Numbered from the stretch's first letter, positions 1 to 9,469 are shown. The stretch is DNA of 53,800 nucleotides from Candidatus Poriferisocius aerobius (GCA_028278955.1 JAPYOC010000073.1:1-53800); one strand, 5' to 3'. Translations and numbers: made by a program. The notes: a model not told the origin generated them from the sequence alone.

Positions 1-535
1 CTCCAGCAGGTGGCTGTGCCGCCGAAGGCCGCGCTCGGCGGCGAAAGCGGCCAGTTGGCGCAAGTGGTCGGCGGTGTGGGTGTGCACCAGCGAAGTGGGC
101 GCCACCGCCACCCGAGTCATGGCCTCGGCGGCCGGATCGTGCCGACGGTCGGCGGTGTCCTGCAGCCCGCGCAGGCACTGGTCCAGGGATTCCGGCGCCA
201 GCCCGGCATGGGCGAAGCCCCGGTGGGAGCCGGCGACCGTGTGGCCGCCGCGGCAGAGCACCAGGCGAATGCCGACTTCGCCCGCGGCTTGGAATACGGC
301 ATCCTCCAGCTCCTGCGAACTGCCGGCGTGATACAGGTAGTGGTGGTCGGCGCAGGTGGTGCAGCCCGCCCGCAGCAGCTCGGCAAAGCCAATGCGGGCC
401 GCGACGTACAGGCTGTCGGGCGTCAGCAACGGCCAGATTCGGTAGGGCACCGCCGCCAGCCACTCGCCCAACGGCAGGTCGATGCCGCCGGGCAGGCCCT
501 TGCTCAACGACTGGGCGACGTGGTGGTGGGCGCGC
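1..535 (-). pseudogene. amidohydrolase (8-oxoguanine deaminase-like), lacking its N-terminal region and running off the left window edge
   Basis: Hand translation of the minus strand gives AHHHVAQSLSKGLPGG..FAELLRAGCTTCADHHYLYH..GIRLVLCRGGH..VAVAPTSLVH..RHSHLLE, which carries amidohydrolase-superfamily metal motifs. It is absent from the ORF track because its stop lies beyond position 1. Minus-strand GC3 is high only left of ~530. Confidence 0.55.
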
Positions 536-912
536 TGGTGGCCGTGAACGCAACGGGAGAGATCAACGACGGCGCGGTGCAGCAGGCGCTGGCCGACGGC
601 ACCTACGAGCACCGGCCTGCCGACGCGTTCGCCCGATCCGAAAGCGATGAAGCCCGCTCCAGCACCACCATCGGGGTGGTGGCCACCAATGCGAGGCTCG
701 ACAAGGCGGGTTGCTTCCGGGTGGCTCGCAGCGGCCACAGCGGCATGGCCAGGGCCCTGTTGCCCGCCCATACCGACGGTGACGGGGACGCGTTGGTGGT
801 GGGGGCGACAGGTCGCGTTGAGGCGGATCCCGGGCTGGTGCGCCTGATGGCGGCGGTCGCGGTGGAGACCGCCATCAGGACAGTGGGCTCGGCTGACGGT
901 GACCGCCTATGA
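515..912 (+). pseudogene. P1/DmpA-family aminopeptidase, C-terminal ~130 aa fragment only
   Basis: The tail of ORF 10..912 reads VGALVAVNATGEI..SSTTIGVVATNARLDKAGCFRVARSGHSGMARALLPAHTDGDGDALVVGATG, typical of peptidase family P1 (S58). The first ~170 codons of that ORF are antisense to the amidohydrolase and look non-coding. Confidence 0.55.
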
Positions 913-925
913 GGCCGATAGGCAG

Positions 926-2035
926 TTAGAGAAAGCGGAGGGGGACTCGTCGGCTCAGCCGGCAGACGATTTCGTAGGCGACGGTGTCGATACGCTCGGC
1001 GATCTCGGCGGCGGTGATCTCTTCTGCGCCCTGTCGTCCCAGCAAGATCACCTCGTCGCCGGCCGAGACGGGATGGCTGGCGCCGCAGTCCACCATGGTC
1101 TGGTCCATGGTCACAACACCGGCGATGGGCCGTCGGCGGCCACCGATCAGCACCTCGCCGCCTCGAGTTCCCAGTCGCCGGGTCCAGCCGTCGGCGTAGC
1201 CGATGGGGATGGTGGCCAGCTGGGTGTCGCACGGGGCGCGGTAGCGGTGGCCGTAGGACACTGGTGTGCCCGCCGCGATGTTCTTGACCAGGGACACCTC
1301 GGTGCGCACCGTCATGGCGGGTTGGAGGGCAAGGCAGTCGGCCAACGCCGGTGACGGTGCGATCCCGTACAGAGCGATGCCGCAGCGCACCATGTCGAAT
1401 CGGCCCCTCGGGTGGGCCATGGCCACGGCCGAGTTGGCCATGTGGCGACAGAAGCCTTGGTGGCCGGCGAGCCGGAGCCGGGACAACAGGTGGTTGAACC
1501 GCTCGATCTGGTGGCCGGTGAAGGGGTTGTCGGGTTCGTCGGCCACCGCACAGTGCGTCCACACCCCGGTCAGCTCCAGGGTGTCTCGCTGGGCGATGGC
1601 GTCGGCCATGCTCAGCACCTCTGCGGGCGTGGCGCCCACCCGGGCCATGCCGGTGTCTACTTTGAGGTGAACCGGCAAGCGGTGCCCGGCGGCGGCCGCG
1701 GCGGCCGCGGCGGCCGCCAAACCCTCGCCTTGGTACACGGTGGGGGTGAGCCGGTGCTCGACGACCTCGGCGAATTCGTAGGGGCGAGGTTCCGACAGCA
1801 AGAGGACGGGAACCGCAATGCCGTCTTCCCGCAGCCTTCGGCCCTCGTCCACCAGGGCCACCGCCAGCGCCTCGGCGCCGGCGGCCACTGCGGTTCGGGC
1901 GACGGGGAGCATGCCGTGTCCGTAGGCGTCGGCTTTGACCACGGCGCAAAGCTTGGCCGGCCAGACGACCTCGGCCAACAGCCTGGTGTTGTGGGCGATG
2001 GCTTCCAGACTGACATCGGCCCAGGTCGGCCTCAT
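926..2035 (-). CDS. alr: alanine racemase
   Basis: The C-terminal 369 aa of ORF 926..3250 read MRPTWADVSLEAIAHN..AVVKADAYGHG..YADGW. The ATG at 2035 overlaps the nnr stop (ATGA). Confidence 0.9.
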   Translation of the reverse strand: MRPTWADVSLEAIAHNTRLLAEVVWPAKLCAVVKADAYGHGMLPVARTAVAAGAEALAVALVDEGRRLREDGIAVPVLLLSEPRPYEFAEVVEHRLTPTVYQGEGLAAAAAAAAAAGHRLPVHLKVDTGMARVGATPAEVLSMADAIAQRDTLELTGVWTHCAVADEPDNPFTGHQIERFNHLLSRLRLAGHQGFCRHMANSAVAMAHPRGRFDMVRCGIALYGIAPSPALADCLALQPAMTVRTEVSLVKNIAAGTPVSYGHRYRAPCDTQLATIPIGYADGWTRRLGTRGGEVLIGGRRRPIAGVVTMDQTMVDCGASHPVSAGDEVILLGRQGAEEITAAEIAERIDTVAYEIVCRLSRRVPLRFL

Positions 2036-3447
2036 GGGCCGGTGTCCCGTCCGAGAGCGGCCTCCCATGCTTGGGGGAGGGTCGCCAGCAGGTCGGAGGC
2101 CGCCATCGGCCCGGCGGGAAGCAGGGTGGCTGCCTGCCCGTGGAGCCAGGCCGCACAGGCTGCGGCCTTCAACGGCTCGACTCCGGTGCTGAGCAGGCCG
2201 CAGATCAGCCCGGTCAGGACATCGCCGGTCCCGGCGGTGGCCAACCGGGCGTCGCCGTTGACGATCGCCAGCGCGGCCCCAGCGGGAGCGGCCACCACGG
2301 TGGTGGCGCCCTTGAGCAGGATGTGAGCGCCAGTGGCGGCAGCCAGGTCGCGGGCGGCGGCGAAGCGGTCGGGAGCGGGGGCTTCGCCGGTCAGCACGCG
2401 GTATTCGCCGTCGTGGGGGGTGAGCACGGTGGGCGCGGAGCGGTCGGCCAACACGTTGGCGGCGTCGGTGCCGAGAGCGAACAGGCCATCGCCGTCGATG
2501 ACCAGGGGGAGCGTCGTGCGTCCGGCCAGGTCGCGGACGGATTGGGCGGTGTTCGGCTGCCGCCCCAGCCCGGGCCCCACCGCCATGGCCTTGAATCGCG
2601 TCTGATCGCTGCTCTGCCCGACGGCATCGGCCCAGTGGTCGGCGGGGAGGGGCTGGCCGACGGCCTCGGTTGGCACCGTAGCGCGGGCGAGAGCGCCCGG
2701 CGCGTCGAGGCCGGGAGTGCTCAATCGGACATAGCCCGAACCGCCCCGCAATGTCGCCGAGGCGGCCAAGCGGGCGGCGCCGCTCATGGCCGCCGACCCG
2801 GCGATCACCCAGGAGGCGGTCTGCCATTTGTGAGCTTCGACGGGTCGAGAAGGAAGCCAACGGCTGACGTCGGCTGCGGTGATGAGGTGGGTGCGGGCCG
2901 AGGAGAGGTCGAGCCCGATGGGCGCCACCGTGAACTCGCCGCAGTGCCCGGCGCCGGGGTGGAGCACCCCGCCGGGCTTGAGGGCGCCGAAGGCGACCGT
3001 TCGGTCGGCGACCCAGGGCGCTCCGACGATCTCGCCGGTCAAGCCGTTGACCCCGGACGCGATGTCGGCGGCCAGGATCGGAGCGGGTTGCCGGGTATGG
3101 TCGGGCAGCGACGCCACCGGCGGCGGGAAGTACGGCCGGCGCAAGCCGGTGCCGTAGGCGGCGTCGATGGCCAAGTGGGCGGGGGGCAGCGTCCTGGGCC
3201 CATCGGAGGCGTTGACCAACGCCACGCGGACGCCGCGCCGCCGCAGCCACTGGGCGGCTGATCGGCCATCGGCGCCGTTGTTGCCTTGCCCCGCGAGCAC
3301 GGTCACCCGCCGGCCGTAGCCGCCCCCCAGCATGCTCAGCGCGGCTCGGGCCAGCGCCGCGCCCGCCCGTTCGATCAGTGCCTCAACCGGCTCGGGAGCG
3401 GCGGCATCGATTGCGCCCATTTCCTCGGGGGTGACGATGGGGATCAT
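2032..3447 (-). CDS. nnr: bifunctional NAD(P)H-hydrate repair enzyme (epimerase / ADP-dependent dehydratase, YjeF family)
   Basis: 471-aa ORF. The N-terminal YjeF_N motif is VLAGQGNNGADG and the C-terminal half is carbohydrate-kinase-like. It sits next to alr, as in actinobacteria. Confidence 0.85.
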   Translation of the reverse strand: MIPIVTPEEMGAIDAAAPEPVEALIERAGAALARAALSMLGGGYGRRVTVLAGQGNNGADGRSAAQWLRRRGVRVALVNASDGPRTLPPAHLAIDAAYGTGLRRPYFPPPVASLPDHTRQPAPILAADIASGVNGLTGEIVGAPWVADRTVAFGALKPGGVLHPGAGHCGEFTVAPIGLDLSSARTHLITAADVSRWLPSRPVEAHKWQTASWVIAGSAAMSGAARLAASATLRGGSGYVRLSTPGLDAPGALARATVPTEAVGQPLPADHWADAVGQSSDQTRFKAMAVGPGLGRQPNTAQSVRDLAGRTTLPLVIDGDGLFALGTDAANVLADRSAPTVLTPHDGEYRVLTGEAPAPDRFAAARDLAAATGAHILLKGATTVVAAPAGAALAIVNGDARLATAGTGDVLTGLICGLLSTGVEPLKAAACAAWLHGQAATLLPAGPMAASDLLATLPQAWEAALGRDTGP

Positions 3448-3448
3448 T

Positions 3449-6421
3449 TCAGCTGCCGTCTTTCCTCTCGGGGGCGCCTGCCGCCAGCGCGGCCTTCACG
3501 AGCGGAAGCTCCAACCGCGGCTCCTCGGTTCGGGAAATGCCGACCGTGACGGTCTTGGCTTGGTGGCGAATGGCGTCCACTGGGCGGGTCAGCTGGCCCA
3601 CGGCCGCGGTGAGCATGGCGGTGAGGTCTTCGAGCACCACGGCGGGGGTGCCCACCCGGCCCCGTTCCAGCTCGTAGGCGCCGAGCGGGGCAATGCCCAG
3701 CGCATAGCGGTACATCGAGGCCAGCTCGGCCGCGGTGGCGGCTTCGAGGCATCCGTTGTATCGGCCTCGGCGCAGATCTTGGAAGAACTGCTGGGCGGCG
3801 GGGGCGAACTGCGGTCGGAGCCTTTCCAACCGCGGCCGGCTGCCGATGCCGGCCCCACCGCCGGCCACCTCGGCTTCGATGACCGCTCGGGTCTCCCGCA
3901 ATGGCTGGGCCAGCTCGTCGATGGCCAGGGCCGATTCGTAGCCGAACAGGTGGCCCACCATGGTGGCCAGCACAAAGGCCAACGCGGGCGAGGCGGTAGC
4001 GGGGGTGGTGACTACCTCTGCGGCGGCGGCGAACCGGGCAGTGCCGTCGCTGGCGATCACGATGGGAGCGGCTTTGTGGGCCCGGAAGATGGCCACTTCT
4101 TTGGCCACGTCATCGGCGGTGGAACCCGACAGTCCGGCCGCGCACACCAAAATGAGCGGCTCCGAGGACAGATCGATGTGCTTTTTGTCCTCGGTGATGT
4201 CGCAGGAAATGGATTTGTAGCACAACTCGGAGAGTTTGATGCGGACTTCTTCGGCGGCCACCCGGTTGATCCCGTTGCCCACCACTGCCCAATGGGTCCG
4301 CCCCAGGGCGTGGCGACGGACGATGTCGGCAATGCGGTCGTGCGAGTCCAGCACGTCGGCCATCGCCTCGGGAAGATCGCGCAGCGACGCCAGCAGCTGT
4401 TGGCGCCGCTCATGTCGTCGGGAGTCGGCGGGCACCTCACCGTTGGCGGCGTCGGCCAGCGCCACTGCCAACAGCACGCCAGCGGCCACTTGGGCGTAGA
4501 ACGCCTTGGTAGACGCAACGCTCATCTCCACATCGCGGCCGTCGGAGGTGTACAGCACGCCGTCGGCCTTGTCGCACAAGTCGCTGTTGCGCCGGTTGAC
4601 GATGGCGATGACCCCAGCGGATCGCCGGCGCACCAGATCCACAGTGCGGTTGGTGTCGGTCGTGGTGCCCGACTGGCTGATGGCGATGACCAGGGTGTTG
4701 TGCATATCGGCCTGCATCCCGAACCCCGACAACTCGGTGGCCTGCGCTGAGCTGACGCGGCACTCCGGCAGCTCAAGGCGCAAGAAATGCGCCAGGCTGC
4801 GAGCCGCTACCGCGGCGGTTCCCTGGCCGATGGCGATGATGTTGTCGATCTCGCCGGCGGCCAGCCGTTTGGCTATGCGCTCGGGCAGCGCGTCGGCTCC
4901 CAAGTCCACCCGCAGCGACGCCGCGGCCCGGTCGCCGCCGGTGCTGATGATCCGGCCTCGCAAAGTCTTGCGGAAGGACTCGGGCGACTCGGTGATCTCT
5001 TTCAGCAGGAAATGACGGAATCCCCGTCGGTCGATGTCGCGGGTGGTGATCTCGGCGGCAACGATGTCGGTATCGGCCGCCGAAAGCGGAGTGCCGTCGT
5101 AGGAGAAACGCTGGACGGCCCTCAGATCGCCGGCGTGTCGGCGGTCGAGAACCGCCACTTGGCCTCGACTGGTTGCCCCGTTTTCCAAGTCGGACGGGGT
5201 TTCGCCCTCCATGCGCAGATAGCGGTTGGCCTGCTCGACGAGGCCGTAGGGTTCGCTGGCCACAACGTAGGCGTCCTCCGCCGCGCCGATGTAGAGGGCT
5301 TGGCCGCTGCCTCGCAGGGCCAAGAGCAGTCGGCCCGGGTCGCAAGCAGCCTGCCCGGCGATGGCCGCCGAGCCGCCAAAGTCGACCACGGTCCGACGGA
5401 ACGCGTCGACGGGGTCGGCCGACTCGGCCAACCGGCAAGCCCACAGAGCAGGGACGATCTTGGCATCGGTGGTGATGCCGGGGTTCAGGCTCAGGTTGTG
5501 GCGGGCCAGCAGGTCGGTGTGGTTGTCGATGTCGCCGTTGAGCGCGCCGACGGTGTAGGGCCGGTCATGCCCCTTTGCCAATTCGGAGTTGAGCGGGTGG
5601 GCATTGGCCTCGTTGATCATGCCCACGCTGGCCCAGCGGGTGTGACCGATGACCACCGCAGAGGCTTCGGGCGCGTCCACTGCGGCGGCGAGAAGCTCGT
5701 CGTCGGCGATGGCAGCCCGCAGCGCAGCGGTGTTGTCGCCGAGTCCGCCGATCTCGGCCGCCGCCTTGTAGACGAAGCTCAGCGAGGTTTCGGCCCAGCG
5801 CACCGAGCCCGAGCGGAACAGCGGATCAGCAGCCCGCTCGGCCAGCGCCGCCGCCACGGCCGGAGACGACGGGTCGAGGCGGTGGTCGCTGACCATGATG
5901 TGCAGGCCCGCTGAGTCTCGGCCCCGAACCTCCAGCCGGTCTAAGCCCGACAGGGCGACTTGCACCGAGCTGAAGGCGGCCAGCGCCGCCCCTCCGGCGG
6001 CGGGGCCGGCCAAACCGGCCACCGCCTCGGCGGTTTTCAGCCGGTCGTTTCCGATGGACCACACGGCGTCTTTCATCTGGGCCAGCGCGGCGTTGACCGC
6101 CTCGGGGGCCGGGTCTGAGGCTGCGTGGTCGAGGTCGGCTTCCAAGGCGCCGATCAGCCGGTCGATCTCGTCCAAACAGGCTCGTATCGTTGCCCGCAGC
6201 CCTTTCTTGGCCAAAAGCGCCTGGAGCCCGGGAGTGCCTTGAAGCAGGCGATCGGCCCGGCTCAGGCTCTCGGCGCCAGCGCTGATGCATCCTGGCCGAT
6301 CGTCGGAGCGGCTCAGGTCGCGCAAAGCCGCGGCGACCGGGCTCAAAAGGTCGAGGATCTCGGCCCTGGTCGGGGGCAACCGCGGTGAACCGCGCCGGAC
6401 TATCGCGACAATGCCGCACAT
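3449..6421 (-). CDS. atypical long GlmS-like glutamine amidotransferase / tandem-SIS protein (990 aa)
   Basis: It starts MCGIV (Ntn catalytic Cys2). GlmS-type motifs are RLEVRGRDSAGL, GHTRWASVG, ISQSGTTTDT, VASTKAF and AKTVTV. It occupies the glmS position next to glmM. It is about 380 aa longer than canonical GlmS. Confidence 0.75.
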   Translation of the reverse strand: MCGIVAIVRRGSPRLPPTRAEILDLLSPVAAALRDLSRSDDRPGCISAGAESLSRADRLLQGTPGLQALLAKKGLRATIRACLDEIDRLIGALEADLDHAASDPAPEAVNAALAQMKDAVWSIGNDRLKTAEAVAGLAGPAAGGAALAAFSSVQVALSGLDRLEVRGRDSAGLHIMVSDHRLDPSSPAVAAALAERAADPLFRSGSVRWAETSLSFVYKAAAEIGGLGDNTAALRAAIADDELLAAAVDAPEASAVVIGHTRWASVGMINEANAHPLNSELAKGHDRPYTVGALNGDIDNHTDLLARHNLSLNPGITTDAKIVPALWACRLAESADPVDAFRRTVVDFGGSAAIAGQAACDPGRLLLALRGSGQALYIGAAEDAYVVASEPYGLVEQANRYLRMEGETPSDLENGATSRGQVAVLDRRHAGDLRAVQRFSYDGTPLSAADTDIVAAEITTRDIDRRGFRHFLLKEITESPESFRKTLRGRIISTGGDRAAASLRVDLGADALPERIAKRLAAGEIDNIIAIGQGTAAVAARSLAHFLRLELPECRVSSAQATELSGFGMQADMHNTLVIAISQSGTTTDTNRTVDLVRRRSAGVIAIVNRRNSDLCDKADGVLYTSDGRDVEMSVASTKAFYAQVAAGVLLAVALADAANGEVPADSRRHERRQQLLASLRDLPEAMADVLDSHDRIADIVRRHALGRTHWAVVGNGINRVAAEEVRIKLSELCYKSISCDITEDKKHIDLSSEPLILVCAAGLSGSTADDVAKEVAIFRAHKAAPIVIASDGTARFAAAAEVVTTPATASPALAFVLATMVGHLFGYESALAIDELAQPLRETRAVIEAEVAGGGAGIGSRPRLERLRPQFAPAAQQFFQDLRRGRYNGCLEAATAAELASMYRYALGIAPLGAYELERGRVGTPAVVLEDLTAMLTAAVGQLTRPVDAIRHQAKTVTVGISRTEEPRLELPLVKAALAAGAPERKDGS

Positions 6422-6448
6422 CTACCCCAAGGCTAACGGTGTGTCGTC

Positions 6449-7759
6449 CTATCGGTTGATCGCGGCGGCCACGTCGACGGCGACGGATTCGGCGAGATGT
6501 GGGGTTTCGGCCTCGACCATGATTCTGAGCACGGGCTCGGTCCCCGAGGGGCGGACCAGCACTCGGCCCTTTGAGCCCAAAGCCGCCTCGGCGGCAGCGA
6601 CGGCTGCCAACAGGCGGTGCTCATCGATGGTGTTCGCGCCGAGGGCCACGTTGTGGAGCACTTGGGGCATCTTGGTCATGGCCTCGGCGGCCAATTCCCT
6701 CAGCGGCAGGCCGCGGCGGGCGACCACTTCCAGAAGCTGCAGGGCGGTGACCATGCCGTCGCCGGTCGTGGCCAGGGAAGGGAAGATCACGTGGCCCGAC
6801 TGCTCGCCGCCCACCGCCCAACCACTGGCTTGCAGCGCCGCCCACACGTGCCGGTCGCCCACCGGGGTGGTCATCACATTGATGCCCCGCTGGGCCATGG
6901 CCCGATGGAAGCCCAGGTTGGTCATCACGGTGACCACCACGGTGTTGCCCGGCAACCGGCCGTGATGCTGGCGGTCGAGAGCGCAGATGGCGATGATCTG
7001 GTCGCCGTCGACCAACTCTCCGGTGTGGTCCACGGCCAGCACCCGGTCGGCGTCTCCATCGAAGGCCAGTCCCAGGTCGGCGGCCCGACGGTGAACCGCT
7101 TGAGCCACCGTTTCAGGGTGGGTGGAGCCGCAGCGGTGGTTGATGTTGCGCCCGTTCGGGGACGAGTTGATGACTTCAACCCTCACGCCGTGGGCTTGGA
7201 GCGGCCCGGGCAGCACGGCGGCGGCTGATCCGTGGGCCGCGTCCACCACCACGCGGAGGCCGGTCCCATCGAAATCAGCGGTGCGCGCCACCGCTTGCCG
7301 ATACTCCTCGAGCACCTCCGAGCCATTGGAAGTCCGCGGCGGAGCACCGAGGGTGGGCACGGGGCGGCGGTCCGACCGGCTCAGAGTCGACTCCAAGGCG
7401 GTTTGGATCTCATCGTCGAGCTTTCCACCCTCCGGGCTGAAGATCTTCACGCCGTTGTCGTGCCAAGGATTGTGCGATGCCGAGACCATGGCCCCCGGCG
7501 TGGCGGCCCGGGCCGCAGCCCAGGCCACTGCCGGCGTGGGCGCCACCCCTATGTCAAGGGTGGAAACACCCACCGAGCTGAAACCAGCGGCCAGCGCGGC
7601 GGCGAACTCAGCACTGGATTCGCGGGTGTCGCGCCCGACAATCACCGGACCGGGTGGGGCTAGGACTTCGGCCGCGGCTTGGGCCAGTTGGATGATGTCG
7701 TCGGGCAGGAGTTCTTCGTAGGCTCGCCCCCGAACCCCGTCGGTACCGAAGCGCAGCAC
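6449..7759 (-). CDS. glmM: phosphoglucosamine mutase
   Basis: MLRFGTDGVRG.. with the active-site motif SASHNPWHDNG. It lies directly downstream of rpsI. Confidence 0.92.
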   Translation of the reverse strand: MLRFGTDGVRGRAYEELLPDDIIQLAQAAAEVLAPPGPVIVGRDTRESSAEFAAALAAGFSSVGVSTLDIGVAPTPAVAWAAARAATPGAMVSASHNPWHDNGVKIFSPEGGKLDDEIQTALESTLSRSDRRPVPTLGAPPRTSNGSEVLEEYRQAVARTADFDGTGLRVVVDAAHGSAAAVLPGPLQAHGVRVEVINSSPNGRNINHRCGSTHPETVAQAVHRRAADLGLAFDGDADRVLAVDHTGELVDGDQIIAICALDRQHHGRLPGNTVVVTVMTNLGFHRAMAQRGINVMTTPVGDRHVWAALQASGWAVGGEQSGHVIFPSLATTGDGMVTALQLLEVVARRGLPLRELAAEAMTKMPQVLHNVALGANTIDEHRLLAAVAAAEAALGSKGRVLVRPSGTEPVLRIMVEAETPHLAESVAVDVAAAINR

Positions 7760-8155
7760 TTAGCGTTTGGAGTACTGGGGTGCTTTGCGGGCTTTCTTCA
7801 GGCCGTATTTCTTGGATTCCTTCTTGCGGTCGTCGCGAGTCAGGAATCCCGCTTGCTTGAGGGAATCCCGCAATTCGGGATCCAATGCCACCAGGCCGCG
7901 GGCGATGCCCAGCCGGAGTGCTCCGGCCTGCCCGTTGGCCCCGCCCCCGTGCATATTCACGTCAATGTCGTACACTTGAGCGGTGTTGGTGAGCCGAAGA
8001 GGGGCCATAAAGGCCATCCGATGGCTGCGGGAGGGAAAGTAGTCCTGGGCTTCACGGCCGTTGACGGTCACCTGGCCGGTGCCGGGGCGGAACCGAACGC
8101 GGGCAATTGCCTGCTTGCGCCGACCGGTGGCCTGGGTCAGAGGGGAAGACATCAA
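7760..8155 (-). CDS. rpsI: 30S ribosomal protein S9
   Basis: 131 aa ending KKARKAPQYSKR. It overlaps the rplM stop. Confidence 0.95.
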   Translation of the reverse strand: MMSSPLTQATGRRKQAIARVRFRPGTGQVTVNGREAQDYFPSRSHRMAFMAPLRLTNTAQVYDIDVNMHGGGANGQAGALRLGIARGLVALDPELRDSLKQAGFLTRDDRKKESKKYGLKKARKAPQYSKR

Positions 8156-8610
8156 GAGCCTCCGCTGCGGGATCGGGCCCCGGCTATTTCTAGGGGCTGG
8201 GGCCTTTGTGCGTCATGGGGATGGGTCGAACCGGCGTATACCTTGAGTTTGCGGAGCATCTGGCGACCCAAGCGGTTCTTGGGGAGCATCCCCCGCACTG
8301 AGCGGCGTACCGCCTCGGTGGGCTGGGTGGCCAGCAAATGGCCATAACTGGTTTGTCGAAGGCCGCCGGGGAAACCGGAGTGGCGGTACACCTGCTTGTC
8401 GGTGGCCTTGCTGCCGGAGAGCACGATCTTCTCGGCGTTCACGATGATCACATGGTCGCCGGTGTCGAGATTGGGGGTGAATTCGGGCTTGTGCTTGCCC
8501 CGCAGCACGCGGGCCACCTCGGTGGCCATCCGGCCGAGGACCAGACCCTCGGCGTCCACAACGTGCCACGCGCGTTCGATGTCTTTGGCTTTTGGGGAGT
8601 AAGTGGGCAT
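8152..8610 (-). CDS. rplM: 50S ribosomal protein L13
   Basis: MPTYSPKAKDIERAWHVVDAEGLVLGRMA... The start is placed at the internal ATG (8610) of ORF 8152..8649, which has a GAAGGA Shine-Dalgarno sequence upstream. Confidence 0.92.
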   Translation of the reverse strand: MPTYSPKAKDIERAWHVVDAEGLVLGRMATEVARVLRGKHKPEFTPNLDTGDHVIIVNAEKIVLSGSKATDKQVYRHSGFPGGLRQTSYGHLLATQPTEAVRRSVRGMLPKNRLGRQMLRKLKVYAGSTHPHDAQRPQPLEIAGARSRSGGS

Positions 8611-8644
8611 CGGCTTTCCTTCAGGTGCGACACCGGAGGCCACA

Positions 8645-8674
8645 ATCATACGGGCCGAGTCGTCCGAGTGACAA
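8645..8674 (-). promoter_or_regulatory. candidate sigma-A type promoter for rplM-rpsI-glmM
   Basis: The minus strand reads TTGTCA, then 18 nt, then TATGAT. It ends ~35 nt upstream of the rplM ATG, in the 96-bp gap after truA. Confidence 0.35.
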
Positions 8675-8706
8675 CTGGCCGCTCCACGGCAGGGACGGCA
8701 GGATGC

Positions 8707-9456
8707 TCACGGATAGCAGACTGACCAGAGGCAGAGTCCGTGGGGCGGGGCGAGCGCAGGGGTGCGGGAACGGTCTTTGGCGGCCAAGATGTCGGCCATG
8801 GCTTCGGGCGGCTTTCGCCTGGCCCCGATGACGACCAGGGTGCCGGCGATGGAGCGCACCATCTGATGGCAGAAGGAGGAAGATTCGATCTCGAAGCGCA
8901 GCAGGCTGTTGGCGCCGGCTTCCCATTCGGCCCGTAAGACCCTGCGGACTCTCGACTTCTCCGTTCCGTCGGCGTGGTGCTGCCGACGGCAGAATGAGGA
9001 GAAGTCGTGCTCCCCGACCAATACGGCCGCGGCGGTGCGCATGGCCCCGATGTCCAGCGGCTGAGGGCAGTGCCAGGAAGTGGCGGCCAAGAACGGGTCG
9101 GGGACTTCGCGGTTCAAAATCGTGTAGCGGTAGGTGCGGCTGATGGCGTCGAAGCGGGCATCGAACCCCGCAGAGGCGGGTTTGGCCCCTCGGATCGCGA
9201 TCGTCGGCGCCAGCATGCGGTTCACCGCGTTGGCAACGCCACCGAGGTCGGCGTCGTCGGGGGCATCGAAGCTCACTACCTGCCCCTGGGCGTGAACGCC
9301 GGTATCGGTGCGACCGGCGCAGGTCAGCTCAACAGACTGCCGCAGGCATTTAGCGAGGGCCTCGGTCAGCTCGCCGGCCACCGTGTGGACCCCCTCGTTG
9401 AGGGCGAATCCGTGGTATCGCCCGCCATCGTAGGCGACCGTCGCTTTGACCCGCAC
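8707..9456 (-). CDS. truA: tRNA pseudouridine(38-40) synthase
   Basis: VAYDGGRYHGF and GRTDTGVHAQGQV motifs. GTG start at 9456. Confidence 0.9.
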   Translation of the reverse strand: MRVKATVAYDGGRYHGFALNEGVHTVAGELTEALAKCLRQSVELTCAGRTDTGVHAQGQVVSFDAPDDADLGGVANAVNRMLAPTIAIRGAKPASAGFDARFDAISRTYRYTILNREVPDPFLAATSWHCPQPLDIGAMRTAAAVLVGEHDFSSFCRRQHHADGTEKSRVRRVLRAEWEAGANSLLRFEIESSSFCHQMVRSIAGTLVVIGARRKPPEAMADILAAKDRSRTPALAPPHGLCLWSVCYP

Positions 9457-9469
9457 GGCTGCCCGGCGG

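Noticed and set aside
10-912. ORF 10..912 taken as a single 300-aa gene
   Set aside because: Only its last ~130 codons resemble a protein family (P1 peptidase). The first ~170 codons are antisense to a clearly coding amidohydrolase and have poor GC3.
1691-1717. A 9-bp unit (ggcggccgc) repeated three times inside alr, giving a 10-Ala run and three NotI sites
   Set aside because: It is a short GC-rich Ala-codon slippage tract within a linker of an otherwise normal alr, and I see no evidence of function.
603-2326. Long ORFs 603..2156 (-, 517 aa), 1412..2326 (+, 304 aa) and the 5' 400 codons of 926..3250
   Set aside because: They are overlapping or antisense frames of alr and nnr. They are extremely R/G/P/A-rich with no recognisable motifs, which is typical of shadow ORFs in high-GC DNA.
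3332-5914. ORFs 3332..4750 (+, 472 aa) and 4787..5914 (+, 375 aa)
   Set aside because: They are antisense to the GlmS-like gene, whose frame carries the conserved motifs. The plus-strand translations are low-complexity G/R/A-rich.
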